Assembly (NCBI GenBank): GCA_964016885.1
Contig: OZ024756.1
Location: 2,294,001 to 2,358,000, forward strand
From: Eledone cirrhosa
Taxonomy: Eukaryota
Length of the DNA: 64,000 nucleotides
Reading direction: 5' to 3'
The notes beneath the pieces were generated by a model, which had not been told where the DNA came from, ran no database searches, and saw only the letters and a program-made list of their open reading frames with translations. Positions 49,101 through 61,100 of this stretch are shown here, piece after piece. The position numbers and the translations under genes are program-made. The stretch's first letter is position 1, and each line of letters opens with the position of its first letter.

Positions 49101-52100
49101 CTTGATCAAAACACTTCATCTCACGTTTCTGGACTGGGTTATATGTTGTGTTCTTGATCAAAACCCTTCATCTCACGTTGCTGGACTGGGTTATGTGTTG
49201 TGTTCTTGATCAAAACACTTCATCTCACGTTGCTGGACTGGGTTATGTGTTGTGTTCTTGATCAAAACACTTCATCTCACGTTGCTGGACTGGGTTATGT
49301 GTTGTGTTCTTGAGCAAAACACTTCATCTCACGTTGCTGGACTGGGTTATGTGTTGTGTTCTTGATCAAAACACTTCATCTCAAGTTGCTGGACTGGGTT
49401 ATGTGTTGTGTTCTTGAGCAAGACACTTCAACTCACGTTGCTGGACTGGGTTATGAGTTGTGTTCTTGTTCAAAACACTTCAACACACGTTGCTGGACTG
49501 GGTTATGTGTTGTGTTCTTGAGCAAGACACTTCATTTCAAGTTGCTGGACTGGGTTATGTGTTGTGTTCTTGAGCAAAACACTTCATCTCACGTTGCTGG
49601 ACTGGGATATGTGTTGTGTTCTTGAGCAAGTCACTTCATCTGACGATGCTGGACTGGGTTATATGTTGTGTTCTTGAGCAAGACACTTCATCTGACGTTG
49701 CTGCACTGGGATATGTGTTGTGTTCTTGATCAAAACACTTCATCTGACGTTGCTGGACTGGGTTATGTGTTGTGTTATTGAGCAAAACAGTTCAACTGAC
49801 GTTGCTGGACTGGGTTATGTTTTGTGTTCTTGAGCAAAACACTTCATCTCACGTTGCTGGACTGGGTTATGTGTTGTGTTCTTGAGCAGGACACTTCATC
49901 TGACATTACTGGACTGGGTTAAGTGTGGTGTTCTTGAGCAAAATACTTCATCTCACATTACTGGACTGGGTTATGTGTTGTGTTCTTGAGCAAAACACTT
50001 CATCTCACGTTACTGGACTGGGTTATGTGTTGTGTTCTTGAGCAGGACACTTCATCTCACTTTCCTGAACTGGGTTGTGTGTTGTGTTCTTGAGCAAAAC
50101 ACTTTATCTCACATTACTGGACTGGGTTATGTGTTGTGTTCTTGAGCAAAACACTTCATCTCACATTACTGGACTGGGTTATGTGTTGTGTTCTTGAGAA
50201 AAACACTTCATCTCACGTTGCTGGACTGGGTTAAGTTTTGTGTTCTTGAGCAAAACACTTCAACTCACGTTGCTGGGCTGGGATATATGTTGTGATCTTG
50301 TGCAAGACACTTCAACTCACGTTGCTGGACTGAGTTATGTGTTGTGTTCTTGAGCAAGACACTTCAACTCACGCTGCTGGGCTGGGTTATGTGTTGTGTT
50401 CTTGAGCAAGACACTTCAACTCACGTTGCTGGACTGGGTTATGTGATGTTTTCTTGAGCAATACACTTCATCTCACGTTGTTGGACTGGGTTGTGTTGTG
50501 TTCTTGAGGAAGACACTTCAACTCACGTTGCTGGACTGGGTTATGTGTTGTGTTCTTGAGCAAAACACTTCAACACACGTTGCTGGGCTGTGTTATATGT
50601 TGTGTTCTTGATCAAAACACTTCATCTCACGTTGCTGGACTGGGTTATGTGTTGTGTTCTTGATCAAAACACTTCATCTCACGTTGCTGGACTGGATTAT
50701 GTGTTGTGTTCTTGAGCAAAACACTTCATCTCACGTTGCTGGACTGGGTTATGTGTTTTGTTCTTGAGCAAAACACTTCATCTCACGTTGCTGGACTGGG
50801 TTATGTGTTGTGTTCTTGATCAAAACACTTCATCTCAAGTTGCTGGACTGGGTTATGTGTTGTGTTCTTGAGCAAGACACTTCAACTCACGTTGCTGGAC
50901 TGGGTTATGTGTTGTGTTCTTGTTCAAAACACTTCAACACACGTTGCTGGGCTGTGTTATATGTTGTGTTCTTGATCAAAACACTTCATCTCACGTTGCT
51001 GGACTGGGTTATGTGTTGTGTTCTTGAGCAAGACACTTCATTTCAAGTTGCTGGACTGGGTTATGTGTTGTGTTCTTGAGCAAAACACTTCATCTCACGT
51101 TGCTGGACTGGGATATGTGTTGTGTTCTTGAGCAAGTCACTTCATCTGACGATGCTGGACTGGGTTATAGGTTGTGTTCTTGAGCAAAACACTTCATCTG
51201 ACGTTGCTGTACTGGGATATGTGTTGTGTTCTTGATCAAAACACTTCATCTGACGTTGCTGGACTGGGTTATGTGTTGTGTTATTGAGCAAAACAGTTCA
51301 ACTGACGTTGCTGGACTGGGTTATGTTTTGTGTTCTTGATCAAAACACTTCATCTCACGTTGCTGGACTGGGTTATGTGTTGTGATCTTGAGCAAGACAC
51401 ATCATCTAACGTTGCTGGACTGGGTTATGTGTTGTGTTCTTGAGCAGGACACTTCATCTGACATTACTGGACTGGGTTAAGTGTGGTGTTCTTGAGTAAA
51501 ATACTTCATCTCACATTACTGGACTGGGTTATGTGTTGTGTTCTTGAGCAAAACACTTCATCTCACATTACTGGACTGGGTTATGTGTTGTGTTCTTGAG
51601 AAAAACACTTCATCTCACGTTGCTGGACTGGGTTATGTGTTGTGTTTTTGAGCAGGACACTTCATCTCACGTTGCTGGATTGGGTTACGTGTTGTGTTCT
51701 TGAGCAAAACACTTCATCTCACGTTGCTGGACTGGGTTATGTGTTGTGTTTTTGAGCAGGACACTTCAACTCACGTTGCTGGACTGAGTTATGTGTTGTG
51801 TTCTTGAGCAAGACACTTCAACTCACGCTGCTGGGCTGGGTTATGTGTTGTGTTCTTGAGCAAGACACTTCAACTCACGTTGCTGGACTGGGTTATGTGA
51901 TGTTTTCTTGAGCAATACACTTCATCTCACGTTGTTGGACTGGGTTGTGTTGTGTTCTTGAGCAAGACACTTCAACTCACGTTGCTGGACTGGGTTATGT
52001 GTTGTGTTCTTGAGCAAAACACTTCAACACACGTTGCTGGGCTGTGTTATATGTTGTGTTCTTGATCAAAACACTTCATCTCACGTTGCTGGACTGGGTT

Positions 52101-55100
52101 ATGTGTTGTGTTCTTGATCAAAACACTTCATCTCACGTTGCTGGACTGGGTTATGTGTTGTGTTCTTGAGCAAAACACTTCATCTCACGTTGCTGGACTG
52201 GGTTATGTGTTTTGTTCTTGAGCAAAACACTTCATCTCACGTTGCTGGACTGGGTTATGTGTTGTGTTCTTGATCAAAACACTTCATCTCAAGTTGCTGG
52301 ACTGGGTTATGTGTTGTGTTCTTGAGCAAGACACTTCAACTCACGTTGCTGGACTGGGTTATGTGTTGTGTTCTTGTTCAAAACACTTCAACACACGTTG
52401 CTGGGCTGTGTTATATGTTGTGTTCTTGATCAAAACACTTCATCTCACGTTGCTGGACTGGGTTATGTGTTGTGTTCTTGAGCAAGACACTTCATTTCAA
52501 GTTGCTGGACTGGGTTATGTGTTGTGTTCTTGAGCAAAACACTTCATCTCACGTTGCTGGACTGGGATATGTGTTGTGTTCTTGAGCAAGTCACTTCATC
52601 TGACGATGCTGGACTGGGTTATAGGTTGTGTTCTTGAGCAAAACACTTCATCTGACGTTGCTGTACTGGGAATATGTGTTGTGTTCTTGATCAAAACACT
52701 TCATCTGACGTTGCTGGACTGGGTTATGTGTTGTGTTATTGAGCAAAACAGTTCAACTGACGTTGCTGGACTGGGTTATGTTTTGTGTTCTTGATCAAAA
52801 CACTTCATCTCACGTTGCTGGACTGGGTTATGTGTTGTGATCTTGAGCAAGACACATCATCTAACGTTGCTGGACTGGGTTATGTGTTGTGTTCTTGAGC
52901 AGGACACTTCATTTGACATTACTGGACTGGGTTAAGTGTGGTGTTCTTGAGTAAAATACTTCATCTCACATTACTGGACTGGGTTATGTGTTGTGTTCTT
53001 GAGCAAAACACTTCATCTCACATTACTGGACTGGGTTATGTGTTGTGTTCTTGAGAAAAACACTTCATCTCACGTTGCTGGACTGGGTTATGTGTTGTGT
53101 TTTTGAGCAGGACACTTCATCTCACGTTGCTGGATTGGGTTACGTGTTGTGTTCTTGAGCAAAACACTTCATCTCACGTTGCTGGACTGGGTTATGTGTT
53201 GTGTTTTTGAGCAGGACACTTCAACTCACGTTGCTGGACTGAGTTATGTGTTGTGTTCTTGAGCAAGACACTTCAACTCACGCTGCTGGGCTGGGTTATG
53301 TGTTGTGTTCTTGAGCAAGACACTTCAACTCACGTTGCTGGACTGGGTTATGTGATGTTTTCTTGAGCAATACACTTCATCTCACGTTGTTGGACTGGGT
53401 TGTGTTGTGTTCTTGAGCAAGACACTTCAACTCACGTTGCTGGACTGGGTTATGTGTTGTGTTCTTGAGCAAAACACTTCAACACACGTTGCTGGGCTGT
53501 GTTATATGTTGTGTTCTTGATCAAAACACTTCATCTCACGTTGCTGGACTGGGTTATGTGTTGTGTTCTTGATCAAAACACTTCATCTCACGTTGCTGGA
53601 CTGGGTTATGTGTTGTGTTCTTGAGCAAAACACTTCATCTCACGTTGCTGGACTGGGTTATGTGTTTTGTTCTTGAGCAAAACACTTCATCTCACGTTGC
53701 TGGACTGGGTTATGTGTTGTGTTCTTGATCAAAACACTTCATCTCAAGTTGCTGGACTGGGTTATGTGTTGTGTTCTTGAGCAAGACACTTCAACTCACG
53801 TTGCTGGACTGGGTTATGTGTTGTGTTCTTGTTCAAAACACTTCAACACACGTTGCTGGGCTGTGTTATATGTTGTGTTCTTGATCAAAACACTTCATCT
53901 CACGTTGCTGGACTGGGTTATGTGTTGTGTTCTTGAGCAAGACACTTCATTTCAAGTTGCTGGACTGGGTTATGTGTTGTGTTCTTGAGCAAAACACTTC
54001 ATCTCACGTTGCTGGACTGGGATATGTGTTGTGTTCTTGAGCAAGTCACTTCATCTGACGATGCTGGACTGGGTTATATGTTGTGTTCTTGAGCAAAACA
54101 CTTCATCTGACGTTGCTGTACTGGGATATGTGTTGTGTTCTTGATCAAAACACTTCATCTGACGTTGCTGGACTGGGTTATGTGTTGTGTTATTAAGCAA
54201 AACAGTTCAACTGACGTTGCTGGACTGGGTTATGTTTTGTGTTCTTGAGCAAAACACTTCATCTCACGTTGCTGGACTGGGTTATGTGTTGTGATCTTGA
54301 GCAAGACACATTATCTAACGTTGCTGGACTGGGTTATGTGTTGTGTTCTTGAGCAGGACACTTCATCTCACTTTCCTGGACTGGGTTGTGTGTTGTGTTC
54401 TTGAGCAAAACACTTTATCTCACATTACTGGACTGGGTTATGTGTTGTGTTCTTGAGCAAAACACTTCATCTCACATTACTGGACTGGGTTATGTGTTGT
54501 GTTCTTGAGAAAAACACTTCATCTCACGTTGCTGGACTGGGTTATGTGTTGTGTTTTTGAGCAGGACACTTCATCTCACGTTGCTGGATTGGGTTACGTG
54601 TTGTGTTCTTGAGCAAAACACTTCATCTCACGTTGCTGGACTGGGTTATGTGTTGTGTTCTTGAGCAGGACACTTCATCTCACGTTCCTGGACTGGGTTG
54701 TGTGTTGTGTTCTTGAGCAAAACACTTTATCTCACATTACTGGACTGGGTTATGTGTTGTGTTCTTGAGCAAAACACTTCATCTCACATTACTGGACTGG
54801 GTTATGTGTTGTGTTCTTGAGAAAAACACTTCATCTCACGTTGCTGGACTGGGTTATGTGTTGTGTTTTTGAGCAGGACACTTCATCTCACGTTGCTGGA
54901 TTGGGTTACGTGTTGTGTTCTTGAGCAAAACACTTCATCTCACGTTGTTGGACTGGGTTATGTGTTGTGTTCTTGAGTAAAACACATCATCTCACGTTGC
55001 TGGACTGGGTTATGTGATGTTTTCTTGAGCAATACACTTCATCTCACGTTGTTGTACTGGGTTGTGTTGTGTTCTTGAGCAAGACACTTCAACTCACGTT

Positions 55101-58100
55101 GCTGGACTGGGTTATGTGTTGTGTTCTTGATCAAAACACTTCAACACACGTTGCTGGGCTGTGTTATATGTTGTGTTCTTGATCAAAACACTTCATCTCA
55201 CGTTGCTGGACTGGGTTATGTGTTGTGTTCTTGAGCAAGACACTTCATTTCAAGTTGCTGGACTGGGTTATGTGTTGTGTTCTTGAGCAAAACACTTCAA
55301 CTCACGTTGCTGGACTGGGTTATGTATTGTGTTCTTGAGCAATACACTTCATCTCACGTTGCTGGACTGGGTTATGTGTTGTGTTCTTGAGCAAAACATT
55401 TCATCTCACGTTGCTGGACTGGGTTATGTGTTGTGTTCTTGAGCAAAACACTTCATCTCACATTGCTGGATTGGGTTATGTGTTGTGATCTTGAGCAGGA
55501 CACTTCATCTCACGTTGCTGGACTGGGTTATGTGTTGTGTTCTCTAGCAAAACACTTCATCTCAGTTGCTGGACTGGGTTATGTGTTGTGTTCTTGAGCA
55601 AGACACTTCATTTCACGTTGTTTTACTGGGTTATGTGTTGTGTTCTTGAGCAACACACTTCATTTCACGTTGTTGAACTGGGTTATGTGTTGTGTTCTTG
55701 AGCAAGACAGTGCATCTAACGTTGCTGGACTGGGTTATGTGTTGTGTTCTTGAGCAATACACTTCATCTAACGTTGCTGGACTGGGTTATATGTTGTGTT
55801 CTTGAGCAGGACACTTCATCTGACATTACTGGACTGGGTTAAATGTGGTGTTCTTGAGCAAAACACATCATCTCACATTACTGGATTGGGTTATGTGTTG
55901 TGTTCTTGAGCAAAACACTTCATCTCACGTTGCTGGACTGGGTTATGTGTTGTGTTCTTGAGCAGGACACTTCATCTCACGTTGCTGGACTGGGTTGTGT
56001 GTTGCCTTCTTGAGCAAAACACTTTATCTCACATTACTGGACTGGGTTATGTGTTGTGTTCTTGAGCAAAACACTTCATCTCACATTACTGGACTGGGTT
56101 ATGTGTTGTGTTCTTGAGAAAAACACTTCATCTCACGTTGCTGGACTGGGTTATGTGTTGTGTTCTTGAGTAAAACACTTCAACTCACGTTGCTGGACTG
56201 GGTTATGTGTTGTGTTCATGAGCAGGACACTTCATCTCACGTTGCTGGAGTGGGTTATATGTTGTGTTCTTGAGCAAGACACTTCAACTCCCGTTGCTGG
56301 ACTGGGTTATGTGTTGTGTTCTTGAGCAATACACTTCATTTCACGTTGCTGGACTGGGTTATGTGTTGTGTTCTTGAGCAAGACACTTCATCTAACGTTG
56401 CTGTACTGGGTTATATGTTGTGTTCTTGAGCAGGACACTTCATCTCACATTACTGGACTGGGTTATGTGTTGTGTTCTTGAGCAAAACACTTCATCTCAC
56501 GTTGCTGGACTGGGTCCTGTGTTGTGTTCTTGAGCAGGACACTTCATCTCACGTTGCTGGACTGGGTTGTGTGTGGTGTTCTTGAGCAAAACACTTTATC
56601 TCACATTACTGGACTGGGTTATGTGTTGTGTTCTTGAGCAAAACACTTCATCTCACATTACTAGACTGGGTTATGTGTTGTGTTCTTGAGAAAAACACTT
56701 CATCTCACGTTGCTGGACTGGGTTATGTGTTGTGTTCTTGAGTAAAACACTTCATCTCACGTTGCTGGACTGGGTTATGTGTTGTGTTCTTGAGCAAGAC
56801 ATTTCATCTCACGTTGCTGGACTGGGTTATGTATTGTGTTCTTGAGCAATACACTTCATCTCACGTTGCTGGAATGGGTTATATGTTGTGTTATTGAGCA
56901 AGACACTTCAACTCACGTTGCTGGACTGGGTTATGTGTTGTGTTCATGAGCAGGACACTTCATCTCACGTTGCTGGACTGCGTTATGTGTTGTGTTCTTG
57001 AGCAAGGCACTTCATCCCACGTTGCTGGACTGGGTTATATGTTGTGTTCTTGGGCAGGATACTTCATCTCACGTTGCTGGACTGGGTTATGTGTTGTGTT
57101 CTTGAGAAAAACACTTCATCTCACGTTGCTGGACTGGGTTATGTGTTGTGTTTTTGAGCAGGACACTTCATCTCACGTTGCTGGATTGGGTTACGTGTTG
57201 TGTTCTTGAGCAAAACACTTCATCTCACGTTGTTGGACTGGGTTATGTGTTGTGTTCTTGAGTAAAACACATCATCTCACGTTGCTGGACTGGGTTATGT
57301 GATGTTTTCTTGAGCAATACACTTCATCTCACGTTGTTGTACTGGGTTGTGTTGTGTTCTTGAGCAAGACACTTCAACTCACGTTGCTGGACTGGGTTAT
57401 GTGTTGTGTTCTTGATCAAAACACTTCAACACACGTTGCTGGGCTGTGTTATATGTTGTGTTCTTGATCAAAACACTTCATCTCACGTTGCTGGACTGGG
57501 TTATGTGTTGTGTTCTTGAGCAAGACACTTCATTTCAAGTTGCTGGACTGGGTTATGTGTTGTGTTCTTGAGCAAAACACTTCAACTCACGTTGCTGGAC
57601 TGGGTTATGTATTGTGTTCTTGAGCAATACACTTCATCTCACGTTGCTGGACTGGGTTATGTGTTGTGTTCTTGAGCAAAACATTTCATCTCACGTTGCT
57701 GGACTGGGTTATGTGTTGTGTTCTTGAGCAAAACACTTCATCTCACATTGCTGGATAGGGTTATGTGTTGTGTTCTTGAGCAGGACACTTCATCTCACGT
57801 TGCTGGACTGGGTTATGTGTTGTTTTCTCTAGCAAAACACTTCATCTCAGTTGCTGGACTGGGTTATATGTTGTGTTCTTGAGCAAGACACTTCATTTCA
57901 CGTTGTTTTACTGGGTTATGTGTTGTGTTCTTGAGCAACACACTTCATTTCACGTTGTTGAACTGGGTTATGTGTTGTGTTCTTGAGCAAGACAGTGCAT
58001 CTAACGTTGCTGGACTGGGTTATGTGTTGTGTTCTTGAGCAATACACTTCATCTAACGTTGCTGGACTGGGTTATATGTTGTGTTCTTGAGCAGGACACT

Positions 58101-61100
58101 TCATCTGACATTACTGGACTGGGTTAAGTGTGGTGTTCTTGAGCAAAGCACATCATCTCACATTACTGGATTGGGTTATGTGTTGTGTTCTTGAGCAAAA
58201 CACTTCATCTCACGTTGCTGGACTGGGTTATGTGTTGTGTTCTTGAGCAGGACACTTCATCTCACGTTGCTGGACTGGGTTGTGTGTTGCCTTCTTGAGC
58301 AAAACACTTTATCTCACATTACTGGACTGGGTTATGTGTTGTGTTCTTGAGCAAAACACTTCATCTCACATTACTGGACTGGGTTATGTGTTGTGTTCTT
58401 GAGAAAAACACTTCATCTCACGTTGCTGGACTGGGTTATGTGTTGTGTTCTTGAGTAAAACACTTCAACTCACGTTGCTGGACTGGGTTATGTGTTGTGT
58501 TCATGAGCAGGACACTTCATCTCACGTTGCTGGAGTGGGTTATATGTTGTGTTCTTGAGCAAGACACTTCAACTCCCGTTGCTGGACTGGGTTATGTGTT
58601 GTGTTCTTGAGCAATACACTTCATTTCACGTTGCTGGACTGGGTTATGTGTTGTGTTCTTGAGCAAGACACTTCATCTAACGTTGCTGTACTGGGTTATA
58701 TGTTGTGTTCTTGAGCAGGACACTTCATCTCACATTACTGGACTGGGTTATGTGTTGTGTTCTTGAGCAAAACACTTCATCTCACGTTGCTGGACTGGGT
58801 CCTGTGTTGTGTTCTTGAGCAGGACACTTCATCTCACGTTGCTGGACTGGGTTGTGTGTGGTGTTCTTGAGCAAAACACTTTATCTCACATTACTGGACT
58901 GGGTTATGTGTTGTGTTCTTGAGCAAAACACTTCATCTCACATTACTAGACTGGGTTATGTGTTGTGTTCTTGAGAAAAACACTTCATCTCACGTTGCTG
59001 GACTGGGTTATGTGTTGTGTTCTTGAGTAAAACACTTCATCTCACGTTGCTGGACTGGGTTATGTGTTGTGTTCTTGAGCAAGACATTTCATCTCACGTT
59101 GCTGGACTGGGTTATGTATTGTGTTCTTGAGCAATACACTTCATCTCACGTTGCTGGAATGGGTTATATGTTGTGTTATTGAGCAAGACACTTCAACTCA
59201 CGTTGCTGGACTGGGTTATGTGTTGTGTTCATGAGCAGGACACTTCATCTCACGTTGCTGGACTGCGTTATGTGTTGTGTTCTTGAGCAAGGCACTTCAT
59301 CCCACGTTGCTGGACTGGGTTATATGTTGTGTTCTTGGGCAGGATACTTCATCTCACGTTGCTGGACTGGGTTATGTGTTGTGTTCTTGAGCAAAACACT
59401 TCATCTCACATTGCTGGACTGGGTTATGTGTTGTGTTCTTGAGCAAAATACTTCATCTCACGTTGCTGGACTGGGTTATGTGTTGTGTTCTTGAGCAAGA
59501 CACTTCATCTCACGTTGCTGGACCGGGTTATGTGTTGTGTTTTTGAGCAATACACTTCATCTCACGTTACTGGACTGGGTTATATGTTGTGTGCTTGAGC
59601 AAGACACTTCAATTCACGTTGCTGGACTGGGTTATGTGTTGTGTTCTTGAGCAGGACACTTCATCTCACGTTGCTGGACTGGGTTGTGTGTTGTGTTCTT
59701 GAGCAAAACACTTCATCTCACGTTGCTGGACTGGGCTATGTGTTGTGTTCTTGAGCAGGACACTTCATCTCACGTTGCTGGACTGGGTTATGTGTTGTGT
59801 TCTTAGAGCAAAACACTTTATCTCACATTACCGGACTGGGTTATGTGTTGTGTTCTTGAGAAAAACACTTCATCTGACATTACTGGACTGGGTTATGTGT
59901 TGTGTTCCTGGGCAAAGCACTTCATCTCACATTACTGGACTGGTTTATGTGTTGTGTTCTTGAGCAAAACACTTCATCTCACTTTGCTGGACTGGGTTAT
60001 GTGTTGTGTTCTTGAGCAGGACACTTCATCTTACGTTGCCGGACTGGGTTATGTGTTGTGTTCTTGAGTAAAACACTTCATCTCACGTTGCTGGACAGTG
60101 ATATGTGTTGTGTTCTTGAGCAATACACTTCATTTCACGTTGCTGGACTGGGTTATATGTTGTGTTCTTGAGCAGGACACTTCATCTCACATTGCTGGAC
60201 TGGGTTATGTGTTGTGTTCTTGAGCAAAACACTTCATCTCACGTTGCTGGACTGGGTTATGTGTTGTGTTCTTGAGCAAGACACTTCATCTCACGTTGCT
60301 GGACTGGGTCATGTGTTGTGTTCTTGAGCAGGACACTTCATCTCACGTTGCTGGACTGGGTTATGTATTGTGTTCTTGAGTAAAACACTTCATCTCACGT
60401 TGCTGGACTGGGTTATGTGTTGTGTTCTTGAGCAAGACGCTTCATCTCACGTTGCTTGTCTGGGTTATGTGTTGTGTTCTTGAGCAAAACACTTCATCTC
60501 ACGTTGCTGGACTGGGTTATGTGTTGTGTTCTCTAGCAAAACACTTCATCTCAGTTGCTGGACTGGGTTATGTGTTGTGTTCTTGAGCAGGACACTTCAT
60601 CTGACATTACTGGACTGGGTTATGTGTTGTGTTCCTGGGCAAAGCACTTCATCTCACATTACTGGACTGGTTTATGTGTTGTGTTCTTGAGCAGGACACT
60701 TCATCTTACGTTGCCGGACTGGGTTATGTGTTGTGTTCTTGAGGAAAACAATTCATCTCACGTTGCTGGACTGGGTTATGTGTTGTGTTCTTGAGCAGGA
60801 CACTTCATCTCACGTTGCTGGACTGGGTTATGTGCTGTGTTCTTGAGTAAAACACTTCATCTCACGTTGCAGGACTGGGTTATGTGTTGTGTTCTTGAGC
60901 AAGACACTTCATCTCACGTTGCTTGTCTGGGTTATGTGTTGTGTTCTTGAGCAGGACACTTCATCTCGCGTTGCTGGACTGGGTTATGTGTTGTGTTCTC
61001 TAGCAAAACACTTCATCTCAGTTGCTGGACTGGGTTATGTGTTGTGTTCTTGAGCAGGACACTTCATCTCACGTTGCTGGACTGGGTTATGTGTTGTGTT